Shown in pieces: positions 13,623 to 25,728 of a DNA stretch of 64,000 nucleotides. The position numbers and the translations under genes were made by a program. The notes under the pieces are model-generated. The model saw nothing but the letters and a program-made list of their open reading frames with translations, did not search any database and was not told the DNA's origin. Numbering within the stretch: the stretch's first letter is position 1; every line of letters starts with the position of its first letter. Source of the stretch: Fimicolochytrium jonesii (taxonomy: Eukaryota); contig NW_026515679.1 of the NCBI RefSeq assembly GCF_025526975.1, positions 620,001-684,000 on the forward strand. The letters run 5' to 3'.

Positions 13623-15425
13623 TCACGCCAAGATAGTCGGCGTGAAGATCGTCTTTCCAGCGTACGCCTCCAGCCCCTCGCCGCCGTACGACACCAACGG
13701 CGAGATCTCCAGGACCGGCGGGTCCTCCTTCTCGTTCTCGTTACTGCTCACCACCGTCGCACCCGCGGCCCGCGCCCAACGCACACACTGGTCCAGGATA
13801 TGCGCGCGGGACGTCTCGGGCGAGTCCACGGGCTTCGCGGCGCCTGGGGCGTTCTTGAGCGGGGAGAACTCGTCGTTGCGGGGGACTTCGAGGACGGCCA
13901 TGCGTTGGGTGAAGGGGAATACGTCAAAGATGAAGAGTTCCAATTTCACGCCGTTGTTTTGTGAGGGGGATACTTTTTCGCCCGTGGTGGTGTCGACGTG
14001 TTTGATCTTTTTGTGCGCGACGTGGTAGTCGAGTTCGGCTTCGAGGGCGTCGACGCGGTTGAGGAAGGCGGTGGTGTAAAAGTGGTTGGCGATGTTGGCG
14101 GCGTTGTAGAGGAGGGTGGAGGGGTCGTCTGGGCGGGTGGCTTCGGCGATCGCGGGGGGGATCTCGGAGTACTCGACGACTGCGAATTTGCCCGATCGGA
14201 GGCAGATGACGCCGACGGATTCGTTGGCGGACGCTTTGGGGACCGCTTTTGCGCCGCAGTCGGCGTCTTGGCCGACGCAGTAGCCGATGAAGACTGGGTC
14301 GGCGACTTTGACGAGGCAGTTGTCGACGCAGTAGGTGTGCACGTAGGGGATCTGGCGGCGTTCGAGGTCAGCGAGGACGCCTTCGCGGCGGAGTGCGGCG
14401 TAGATCCCGCCGTTCCCGTCGGGGGCGAGCGCGGGCGTGGATTTGGTTTCCATGAAGATTTTGCCGGTGGGGTCAAAGGCGGGTAGAACGCCTTGTTCGA
14501 AGAACATGACATTTTCAGGGTCCAGGCCAAAGAAGTTGTGTTTGCGGAAGTAGGAGGTTGTTGCTTCGCGTGTGGGGCCAGAGACCATGATGTACCACGG
14601 GATCACGACGTTTTCGGTGCCTTTCGAGTGGGCTTTTGCGGCTACCTTCTGGAGACGGATGATGCGCTCAGCTTGGAGTTGGAAGAGCGACTTTTTCGAT
14701 GGCAGACCGATGTCTGAAAAGAAAGGATGAGATTGAGAAACTTTTGAAAAGCGAGATTGATGTGTGGGCCAAGCGCTCTTACCGTAACATCCTTTGGGGT
14801 CAGAGGAACCGAGACGTGTGCCTAACGAAATGGAGCGAAGGGTAAGCTCAAGGTAAGCTCAAGGGAGTCATGCACATATAACCGTGTCGAAGCGCGGAGC
14901 GATGCGGAGGTTGGATTGTTGAAACAATAGCCAGCTCGTAAGGAACTGGCCGGGCTCGCCTGCCTCAAGAACCGCGCTCCCATCGCAAACCATCGTCACG
15001 CTCAGTCTCTCAGTTCAAATCTAGGCTCGCTAGCGGTCGCATGCTGGGGCTCTGTCAGTCCGAAACTCACCCTGTCCACCAGCCAATAGGATCACGGCGA
15101 CCTTATTCTGAGCAATCAGCTTGAGACCCTCGTTATACCAGCTGGCGACCTTTGCTTCGTTTGCTTTACCGATAGTCGACGCGAAAGCGGCCTCCGGCAG
15201 CGGCTCTAGCTCGTCCTTTGCGGCGGTTGCGGCAGCCTCGTCGGTTGGAGCGGTGGCCTTCTTGAAGATTCTGTTTACGCGGTCGACGTCTATTTTCGCG
15301 AGGTTGTCGAGGAGCTCTGCGCGGTCGTTTTGCGAGAGGGCGTCCCAGAAAGCAAAGACGTGACCCTGGCCGGCGTCTGTGAAGCGCTTGAGGAGGGTAG
15401 CGTGGTCGTGCAGTTGTGGAGCCAT
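13623..15425 (-). CDS. UAP1: UDP-N-acetylglucosamine pyrophosphorylase; 3 exons (15425-15071, 14821-14783, 14713-13623)
   Basis: [70 protein letters not shown]. Confidence 0.96.
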
Positions 15426-15768
15426 GTCTGTAGGCTGCGTATGTGTACGGTTGAGGGTGGGAAAGTTTGGGCGATGGGGGTCTATCGTGCAGTATATCTG
15501 GTTGCGCCCCCCAATTGGAGTGCGTTCGAGGCTTTCTCCCCTTCACACTCCTTCAGACTTCACAACGATCTCCGTATTATAGACGACAGGGGGTGAGTCT
15601 GAGGGTGAGTCACTCTCGACGCGTGCGTGACTCATCTTCTGAGGACTCTGAAGGTTCAACGCGGATTCTGGACGCGTTCGTTTGCTGCCCCCCCTCTTCT
15701 CCCTCTCATACTATCATGCATGCCTTCTCTCTTCCCGCAACTGCAACCGTCCATCCATGCCCAAAGAA

Positions 15769-18437
15769 ATGGACGCTTTCAAGCACGCTTACCTCGCAAA
15801 ATGCTCAGAACTCGCTATAGACCCTCACCGCGCGCTCACCGACCTCCTCCTCAGCAACCGCCCGCTCGCTCCTGCCTCAGATAGGGTTACTACTACAGCA
15901 AAAACTATCGACCTCCGCGGACAGTCGCTGACCCTCAAGGAATGCGCCGCTCTTTCCACCGCCTTGTCCCACGATGTCTACTTTTCCCGTGTCATCCTAG
16001 GTATGTTTCACGGGTGTTGGGATCGAGCCCTGGTCTGCGACGAGAACTCGTGCGTTTCGACCCAAAACATCCCATCTCTACCCCTATGTACATGTACAGC
16101 GGACACATTTCTGAACGACGAAGGCTGCATCCTGATTGCCGGCGGACTAAAGACAAACCACAGCGTCACGCATCTGGACGTGCGGGGAAACAGGTATGTC
16201 TCAAAAAGCCTCCGTTTCCGCCCCCCTCCTCCCAATGCTGCATGTTTAAAAACACGTAGCATCCGCGCAGATGGTGCGCTGGCTCTGGCTCAGATGCTCA
16301 AGGTCAACGGATCCCTGAAGAGGTAAGCGGCGAATCAAGTCACCTCATCTCAAGGCCAGACCCACCGCTAACCCCCGACATATCCCGGCAAAACAGCCTA
16401 GTCATGGAATGGAACTGCATAGGCATCTGGCAAGCCGGCATCCGCTCCCTCGCCGACGCGCTAGCCGTCAACCAGACCCTGGAAGACCTCGACCTGCGTA
16501 ACAACAGCATCGGGCCCGATGGCGCACAGACGCTGGCTGTGGGGTTGCGGAATAACCAGTGTTTGAGGCGGTTAGGTGCGGTTCCCGCATGGGACGGCGG
16601 GTTCGAAAAACTGTGACGGAGCTTTTTTGTCCTCACCCATGTTGTATCCCCTAGATCTCCGCTGGAATCATATCGGCTTATTGGGGAGCAAAGCCATCGC
16701 CGACCTGCTAAAATGGAACACAACATTGGAAGAGATCCAGCTGAACGGGAACGAGGTGCCTGAGGAGATGGCCAAAGTCATAGGTACCGGCCCCTTAACA
16801 CCAAAATATTCCCTCCAAATCCCCACCCTCACCCCTCCCGCACCCCAGCCGTAGCCCTCGACCGCAACGCCTCCGCCCGCAAACACACCCTCCTCCACCT
16901 CGCGCACGCCTCCGACCTCGCCCAAACCGTCTCCCTCCTCGACGCCAACCACCGGGACGTTCTCACCGACCTGCGCTCCGATCTCCTCGCCAAGCAAAAA
17001 CAGCTAGACGCCGCTTGTAGGAATGCCGCAAAGTCGAGCGAGGCGTACAGGGTGCTTGAGGGACGACTCAGGAGGATGGAGCGGGAGGCGAGGGAGGTTG
17101 GCGACGGGGTTGGGAGGGAACGGGAGGAGTTGAGGAGGAGGTTGGAGGAGGTTGCGAGGGAACTTGGGGCGGAGCGTGAGGTAGGGTGTTGTTGTAACTT
17201 TCCCCCCTGGTTCATTTTTCCAGTGGGGTCTACATAGTATGGGTGATAGCCCCCCCCGACTGACTCTCATCTTCTCATGCCCGCAGGCCCACCATCAGAC
17301 ATCGCTCCTCCTCTCCAAATCGCAATCCGACACCAAACGCACCCAACTTGAACTCGACTCGGTGCGCTGCGACGCCGACGCGCGGATCGAAGGCCTAAAG
17401 CAGGATCTGAAACGTGTAGTGGAGGAGCTGGAGAGGGCGAGGGAGAAGGGGCGGACTCGGGAGGTTTTGTGGGATGGTAATGTTGGGGGTGGTTTCTGGG
17501 GGCTGGTTGGAGGGACATTTCTGACTTACCCGGGCTTGGCGTCGTTGGGGTGGTGTGGTTGATAGAACAAGCTAAACGCACACATGCGGAACACGAGGAA
17601 GCCATCCGGGCCGCGGTAGCAGCGACCGAATCCGAGTGGCGGGGGCGTGTGCAGAAGCTGGAGGAGAAGTTACGCAGGGTTGAGAGTAGTCATACCACCC
17701 TTGAGGAGGTTTGTGGACTGCCTGCCGATGGATTCAGATTCACATGGGATGGGAGTTGGGGCGATGCCTGATACCAAATCACGCCTTGCAGGATCTCCAA
17801 ACCCTCAAAAGCAAGCACACGCTCGAAAACCGGCAGTGGGCGGATAAACTCTCCGCAGCAGAAACCCAAGCCCGACGAGACGCCGTAACGTATCATATAT
17901 CCCCCCTCCCCAATCGCCCTCTATCCACGCTAACCCTCCTTGCCCCACCCACAGGCCGCGCACCAAACCTCCCTCGAGAAAACCATCACAACCCTGCAAA
18001 CCCAACTCGCAACCCTCCAAGCAACCCACGACGCCCTGCTCCCCACCCACGCCCGTCTCACCGCCGCGCGGGACGCCCTCGCCGCCCAACTCGCCGCGCA
18101 GACCACCGAGATCACGTCCCTGCGCGCCCAACTGAGCGACGCAACCACCCACCTAACCTCCGCGCAGTCCGCGTCCACCCAAACCGAAGCGCGGCTCGCC
18201 TCCCTCACGGCCGAGCTCGCCACAGCGCGCAGTCAGCTAACGCAACGCGACGCGGAGACCGCCCGACTCCGCGCCGAGATCCATCGCACGACCAGCGAGG
18301 TGGGGAGGCTGGAGGCTGAGGTCGGGCGGTGGAAACGCGAGGCGAGGGAGAGGGAGGAGGAGGGCGTGAAGGCGGTGGAGGAGATTGTGGTGCTGGTGAG
18401 CGAGAGGGCGAGGAGGAGGAGGGGGGACGTGCGGTGA
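15769..18437 (+). CDS. LRRC45: LRRC45-like leucine-rich-repeat / coiled-coil centriolar protein, multi-exon
   Basis: MDAFKHAYLAKCSE, IDLRGQSLT, LDVRGN, MEWNCIG, LDLRNNSIG, LDLRWNHIGLLG follow the order of the animal LRRC45 N-terminus, then a long coiled coil. Confidence 0.78.
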
Positions 18438-19054
18438 TGTGGGTTAGTGCGCTGGGGGGATTGGGTGATGCGGAGGGTGCGGGCCCCACCCCGTCCATTG
18501 GGGTCAGCTGGGATTGGGATCCGCCCGGTTCGGGGGTGCATGTACTGATGGGAAAGCTGGGGATGCTTCATGCCCATGGTTTCGGGTTTGGTTGTATGTC
18601 GCCAATAACCAAAAAACCGCCCGCCCCCCTCCCCCCCCCCCCCCCCCCCCCCCCCCGGCAACTGGGCGGATGGCGTTGAGGAGCAGCAGCGAGGCCATCA
18701 TCTTCCAGCTTTCTGTTGGCTGTTATGCCTCACGCACGGACTTCACTATATATATGCCTACTGCAAATATACGTCGCATACATACATACGCGCGGCCGAA
18801 CTCGTCTGTCATTGACCAAGCCGACAGATGGATATGATTCTGTGACTCCAACACGCACCATATATAAACACAGACCCTGACCTACATCCCATATATGTAC
18901 GCCGTAACATCGCGAGGTTCCGGTGGCATATACACATCACCTCCCCCCGGTTCGTACGCGGTGACTGATCCTAACCCCGCGCCCGTAAATGTCGGGGGTT
19001 TCACTCGTACGGCTCATTTCTCTTGTCGAAACTCACTCATTCGGGCGAGGTTGT

Positions 19055-20614
19055 TCACCTCATCCCACTCATCCGCCTTCCGCCGGCGGCGTTGTTGGTT
19101 CGTGTAGCGGGCGGGGATTTCGGGCGGAGGAGTTCGATATCTTCCGCAAGAGAATACAATGAATAACCCCCCTCGTCGCGCTCGCTCGCACAAACCACAC
19201 AAACCTACCGGGTGTCGTAGCCACCAACCCGCCGGCCCTCACGCCCCCGCTTGCCGTCGCATCCGCTCCGGCAAACCACGCCCTGTACGCCCCCGCGTTC
19301 TAGTTGCTGCAGCTGACCCCCAGCCCGGCGGTCACCCACCCGCGGCGGATGTTCGCGTCGCCGCCGAACAGCTCCAGCCGCCGCCGGCCCATGCAGAACC
19401 GCTCGATCAGCGCGTACAGCTCCGTGGGCTTGGACGGGAGCCGGTGCGGGGGCTCTTCGGCGATGAGGACCTCGGTGTCGACGTTGCACTGTGTGTGTGC
19501 GAGGGGTGAGTGGGGGTGGGGGAGACGACACGGGCGGGGGGATGTCCAGTACGCACGTGGATGAAATGCCCGTCGGTGGACCGGCGCACGGTGCCCTTGA
19601 TTCCCATCAGACAGTGTTCCTTGGAGTGTTGGAGGACCGACGGTGGGGATATCAACGTCGTGCCCTTTCACAAAAAAAACCCCAACGTTAGCAACCCCAC
19701 CCCATCCGGCTGCCCCCCCCAACACACACACAACACCCACCTCCCACGTCCGATTGGTCTTGATCCACGTGATATCCTCACACCGCCTGTACCCCCACTT
19801 AGCCAGCAGCTCCCTGCCCCTGTCGAGCCCGTCGCGGTTGCCGACCCAGATGAACAGGAACGAGGGCGTCGCGGCAATGTCCTCGATGCGCAGGTCCGCG
19901 ATCTCGCGCCACGTCCAGTACGCGCGGAGCGGGTCCGGGGTGTGCGTCACGGTTGCCGGGGACCATTCGCAGTATCTGCCAGGGAGCATTGGAGTAACCA
20001 TGGAGGTGTATGAGAGAACAGCGGGATGGACAGGACAGTACAGTGCAGTACGTACTCCTCCAACGGCGGATCAATCAGCACGACATCGAACCGCTGGCCC
20101 TTGAACACATCGCCCAGCTTCTGCTTCCGCAGATCCGCGCGGACGTACATGGGCGGGGTGGCGTAGTCGTTGACGACGTCGGCCTTGAGACGGGTGAGGG
20201 TGGCGAGTTTGGGGTGCTCGATGTAGCGATTGGGGAGGGCGGGTTCGCGGATGTAGTTTTGCGGGCGGTGGTGGGTGTTGACGTGGTTTTGCATGTAGTC
20301 GTTGCGGATGGGTCGCGGTGGCGGCTGGGCGTGCTGGTATGGGCGGGGATGGTTTTGAGGGGAGATCCGCTGGGGACATTGAGGCGGGGTGGCTGGCAAG
20401 CTTCACTCACATTGCTTTCAGGTGTATGTGTAGCAGTAGGACCGCCCGATGGCATAGATTCCCCACTTCCGACACCACCTAGCACAGCCCTTCTCCGTTC
20501 CAAACGGGCGCGCAACGTTTCATGAAGGTCACCCTCATCCTCTTCGGTGTGCTCGGAGCTCTCAATCGGTTGTTCGGGGAGGACGAGAGCGGAAACCGGA
20601 TGGGATGCTGCCAT
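19055..20614 (-). CDS. METTL14: m6A methyltransferase complex subunit METTL14/KAR4 (MT-A70 family); contains an in-frame TAG at 19300-19302
   Basis: [93 protein letters not shown], and after the TAG ...[14 protein letters not shown]. Confidence 0.92.
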
Positions 20615-21592
20615 TTTGGGTGAAGGATGCCTGAGTTTCTGTGAGGAGTTGATGAGTATTGTGCGAGCTGGAATAGAGTTTATTCCCCGTCTCCACACTT
20701 TTTTCGCACGGGTGGAATGACAGTATTTGCGGACGAGCGGAGGGCGGTCAAAACAGTGACATTTTTTGGGTGTGACAGTGCAGGTACCACACTACAAGTG
20801 CACCAACGACAGCATGGACCGCGACGGCTACTACGACAAGGACTTCATTCCCTACGATGACAACCCGTTGGCCTCTGGAGAGTACGGCCCTCATCTCATC
20901 AAGGGCAAGGGCGGAAACTCGGGATCGAACAACTCCAACTCGTGGTTCGGTCTTCCACAGGGATCGGCGACAGCAGGTCGCACAGACCTCGCCGATGATC
21001 CTTTCGGTTACGGAATCTGAACACCCCAAGGCAAACTTCAGGCCGTCAGAGAGCCTTCCCATTTTTACATGGACACAAATGTGATTCTGCTCTACTAGAT
21101 GCGCTACTACAACAGGGATGCACTCAGCACGATCAACATGGCGACGATCGTGTATTCGATGATCCACGGTCATGGCGGACCCGCACCGTTTGCCAGGATC
21201 GCCTAGGACCCAAGAGTAGCATAGTTCACTCAAGATAGAGAGACATTACACCTTCTCGCTGGACCTACGATTGGACTTTGGGGTATAAAAACCTCGAACT
21301 ACAGGGAATCGTATTAAAATCTAAGTTCACGCGATACATCCGAGACAGGATTTCCAGGTTCAAAAGTAATCAACAAGAATGGGTTTAAAGACGCCCCGAG
21401 GTGTGTATGTAGCAACCAGGAACGGTGCCCTAACGTAAGGCGGCTTCCGAAAGGCTTGGATACCCATAAAGTCCCCACAAAGTGCCTTTAAAGGTTTCAA
21501 CATTTTCGGTGATCACGAATCCCTTCCATCAGGCTCTTGCTATTGATTCCTGCTACCGACCCGCACCCACCCACCCACCACCCACCACTGCA

Positions 21593-21974
21593 ATGTCCTC
21601 CTCCCGTCTCTCCCCTCTCTCCTCCCGTCTAAAAGGCCCCATCCTCTCCCTCGACCAGGTACGCCCTCCCCCTCCAATTGGCTACCCAACCCCCCACCCC
21701 CCCATTCCCCAACTCACCCTCGCTCTCCCGCCCCTAGTTCCTAACCCGCCAAAAAGTCCTCACCCTCTACCGCTCAATCCTGCGTCTCTCAAAACACCTC
21801 CCACCCTCCGACGCCGCCTTTGTGCGCGAGTGGGCCCGTTCGGACTTCGATCGGTACCGGAATGTGGATGTCGGGGATGTGGACCGGATTAGGATGTTGT
21901 TGAGTCAGGGGATGGTGCAGTTGAGGACGTTGGAGACGAGTGTTACGTTGGCTAAGAGGGGTGGTGGGAGTTGA
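21593..21974 (+). CDS. Mitochondrial LYR-motif protein (LYRM2-like); 2 exons
   Basis: Spliced ILSLDQ|FLTRQKVLTLYRSILR...VREWARSDF...IRMLLSQG. Confidence 0.85.
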
Positions 21975-22963
21975 GAGAGGCAGGGGAGGCGTTTGTGGGT
22001 TGGAGGAGGCATGCGGAAGAGCGAATTACGGTGCAGCAGTTCCGAGCAGAGAAGAATCTCGCTGGGGTGAGCTGGCTCTAGCCCAGGATCTCTCCGCGCC
22101 CCGAAGACTGTTACTCGGCGACGATGCTCACACTTCGCTAGCGCCACCGCGGATTCTCGACATTGTGGATATGGACTCGTATCCGACTTGCAAACGAATC
22201 GTTGCAAGCCGACGGTCGAGCGACGACATGAACATGCGCGCATAGTGCCGTTTCCCATGGGGTTGCGGCACTCGGGATAGCTGCACGCAGATGGGAGCTT
22301 GGACTGGGGTTCTTGCGAGTCGTGAACGGTGGAGGAGGAACAACGGGGGAGCGTTGACCGCGCGGATATAGCGGCATTAGGCTGCATGGAGCTGTTCGGA
22401 GCGGTGCACACTGGCAATGGCTCTGAGCGAAATGGGGTGAAGCAGATGACGGTTTTCCTGGGGAACATAGTCTAGCTGTAGCCTAGAACTGCTTGCCGGG
22501 AAGTGATCGGCATGTGGGGAAAGGAAGGGATCCATACTTGGATTTGTGGCATTGGAAAGCGTGGGAGCTCGCTCTTGGCGGTGTGCACTCGGCAATCCCA
22601 TCAATGCGAGCCGGGACTTGGCACAGGCGCAAAAAGTAGTTGATTGATTAGGGAATAATTTTGGCATGCCATATCGTCTTTTGCACCCGATGCTTTCGAA
22701 AACAATGCGGGTTGGACCGTTGGAGGGTGCCACCGATGGCCTCCAAACAACCCCGTAAGGCGTCATGCTTTCAGTGCTTTTTCAGTAACTTCAGTTAGTA
22801 GCTGAAGTTACCCTCTTTTCTGAAGTGTGCAGCGAGAGAAGGGGGGGCACTTGTTACGCGGTTTTCCACTCGCAAGTCGGCATTCTTTCGGAGTTTTGAA
22901 ATTCCCCAACCCAGAGCGCCCATCATTGCTGGGGCAAGACCACCCCGTTAACCACAGCCTAGA

Positions 22964-25275
22964 ATGGCTTCCAAAGGAAGCGACTTCCTAAGTAAGTGCG
23001 TCTGGCCCCCTCCGTCCCGTCCCTGCCTTCTCCCCACCACTCCATTCACTCACCCCCTCTCATCCCGCAGGTCTGCTCGTTGCATCCCGCGCCGTCCTAA
23101 ACTCCATCGCACGCACCCAACGGGACGGGGTGGTGCACTATGCGCGGACGTCGAGTATCCCACGGGCTGTGTCGGAGGTGTGGGATGCGAGACGGGCGCA
23201 TGGTGTTGGGCAGAAAGTGGGGACGGAGGCAGGACGGGAGGCAGGAGGGGCGGGTAGTGAGCCGGTGACGTACGCGACGCCGGTTGGCGTGAAGATGGGA
23301 GGAGTGGAAGAGGCGGAGAGAGCAGGGGCTAGGGTGTCGACGGCTGGTGTGGTGGAGGTATGTGATTCTGTCGGGATGGCCAGTTACGGGAAGTAAGCCG
23401 ACGCCATTTTGCCAAAAAGACTCCGCCACAATCGAAACCGGCACCACCGACCCCCGCGACGTATCCATCCCCTCTGCTATCTACGAAAGACGAAGTTCCA
23501 GTAACAGCAGCAACACCCACGTCTCCGGCGTCTTCGACAGATCCGATAGCGGATGCGGCTGCCTCGATACCCGAGTCACCTTTGCAACCGAGGGCGCCGT
23601 TGCGGCAGTCGAGAGTGCCTGCGAGTCGGGTTGGGCGGTTGTGGCATTACGGGAGTGAGTTTGTAACAATTGCTGTTCGTTGTCGTTTCCGAGCGACTCT
23701 GACGAGTGAGGGACTGATTTCGTCAAATAGGTCTAGTAGCTGGCGTCGGCGTCGGTACATTTGGGGAGGCAATCAAACGCGCAACGGGGATGTCTGAAGG
23801 AGGTTTGTTGGTTTTGATACATAAGACTGTCACTGCTGGTGGTGTTCTCGGTGTCTAAACTTCCTCATCGGTCACGGTTTTAAGGGGGCAGCCCAGTGTT
23901 GAGTCAGAAGAATGTACAGCGAATCGTTAGCAAGCTGTCGCAGATGCGAGGGGCTGCTCTAAAGCTGGGCCAGATGCTGAGTATTCAGGGTATGTGCCTT
24001 GTCGGAGGCCAGGAGGCCGGGCGGGGAAACAGCCTCTCATACTCTCGTCTGCAATAGACAACTCGATGCTTCCGAAAGAGTTGGAAGATATACTGCTGCG
24101 GGTGCAGAATAGTGCAAACTACATGCCAGACTCTCAGCTACAGGTACGGAGAATCATATCCGCTCACCACCCGTTTTCCGAAAGGTTACTCAGTCTTATA
24201 GTGTACAGTTGACGCTCCGAAAAGAACTGGGCGACGACTGGCGCGCCCAATTCTCCACCTTCGACATGATGCCCCTTGCCGCCGCCTCCATCGGCCAAGT
24301 GCACCGCGCCACCCTCCCCTCCGGCCTCGCCGTCGCCGTCAAAGTCCAATACCCCGGCGTCGCTTCCAGCATCGACTCCGACCTCGACAACCTCCGCACC
24401 CTCATCCTCTTCTCCAATTTCCTCCCCAAGGGCCTCTACCTCGACAATACCATCCGCGTCGCGCGCAAGGAACTCGCCTGGGAATGCGATTACACCCGTG
24501 AAGCCGCCGCTATGTCCCGGTTCGCATCCCTCATCGCCGACGACGCTGAATCATACCACGTACCCAAAGTCATCCCGCACCTCAGCACCCGCCAAATCCT
24601 CACCACGGAGTTCGTCACAGGCACTCCGCTCGGCTCGCCGCTCATCGCGGCCCTCCCCCAACACACACGGGACTCGATCGCCGAACGTGTCCTCCGTCTC
24701 TGCCTCCGCGAGGTGTTTGAGTTCCGGTTCATGCAGACCGACCCGAACTGGAGCAATTTCCTTTACGATGTCGCCACGGATCGGTTGCATCTATTGGATT
24801 TTGGAGCGGCGAGGGAGTTTAGCGGGGAGTTTGTGGAGGACTATAGAAAGGTGTTGCAGTGTGCGGCCAAGGGGGATCGTGAGGGGTGTGCGCATTGGTC
24901 GACGGTGTTGGGATTCCTCACGGGGGTCGAGAGTGTGGTACGTTTTACGTTTGTGTGTCGTCTGTCTCAATTCCACCCCCGCGCCTAAACTAACCTGATT
25001 TATCACAGCAAATGACAAACGCCCACGTGAACTCCATCCTAACCCTCGCCGAGCCCTTCTCGTCCACCTCCCCCACCGTGTACGATTTCGCAACGCAAGA
25101 CGTGACGACCCGCGTGCGCGCCGAGATCCCGCTCATGCTGCGCGAGCGGCTCACCCCGCCGCCGGACGAGACGTACTCGCTGCATCGGAAACTGAGTGGG
25201 GCGTTTCTGTTGTGTGCGAAGCTGAGGGCGAGGGTTAGGTGTAGGGAGGTTTTTGAGCGGTTTGCTTATCGGTAG
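22964..25275 (+). CDS. COQ8: ABC1/ADCK atypical kinase COQ8, multi-exon
   Basis: [88 protein letters not shown]. Confidence 0.95.
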
Positions 25276-25728
25276 ATTCTGTGGCCCCCCGGCAGGGAGG
25301 GGGGGGGGGGAGTGGATGCGTATGTGTAGATGACCAGAGAAAGGGATATATATCCCTGCGGCGTAGATTAGAGCGTTTGACACTTTAGCCCTTGATGATC
25401 ATGATACAGTACATTCTTGCCCCTTATTTCACTCATTCAATTCATCCGTTTTCAGGCATGGCAACTGCTTTTAGTATACGTATGAACAGGATTTTGGGCA
25501 CCCTTGGTGTTGCGCTCTCACAATGCAATGTGACAACCTCTGAAAGCAGAGGGCAGGGTGATAACAGGGATAAGGGCCGGGTGTGAAGAATTCCCCCCCA
25601 AAAGCACCCGGTTATTTACGCCGAAAACCGGGGGGGGAGGGGGGGGGGGGGGGGCGGGGGGGTCAAATGAAAGCGGTGTACATGATGCGGTGTCGCTGCA
25701 TGTGGCAGGTGTGACGCCCCCACATCCA

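Noticed and set aside
19300..19317. 18-nt GT-AG mini-intron that would remove the METTL14 TAG in frame
   Set aside because: It is far shorter than any other intron here, has no room for a branch point, and would delete the conserved SN residues.
22786..22811. 10-bp stem hairpin GTAACTTCAG...CTGAAGTTAC upstream of COQ8
   Set aside because: It is short and isolated, with no TSD or second copy to support a function.
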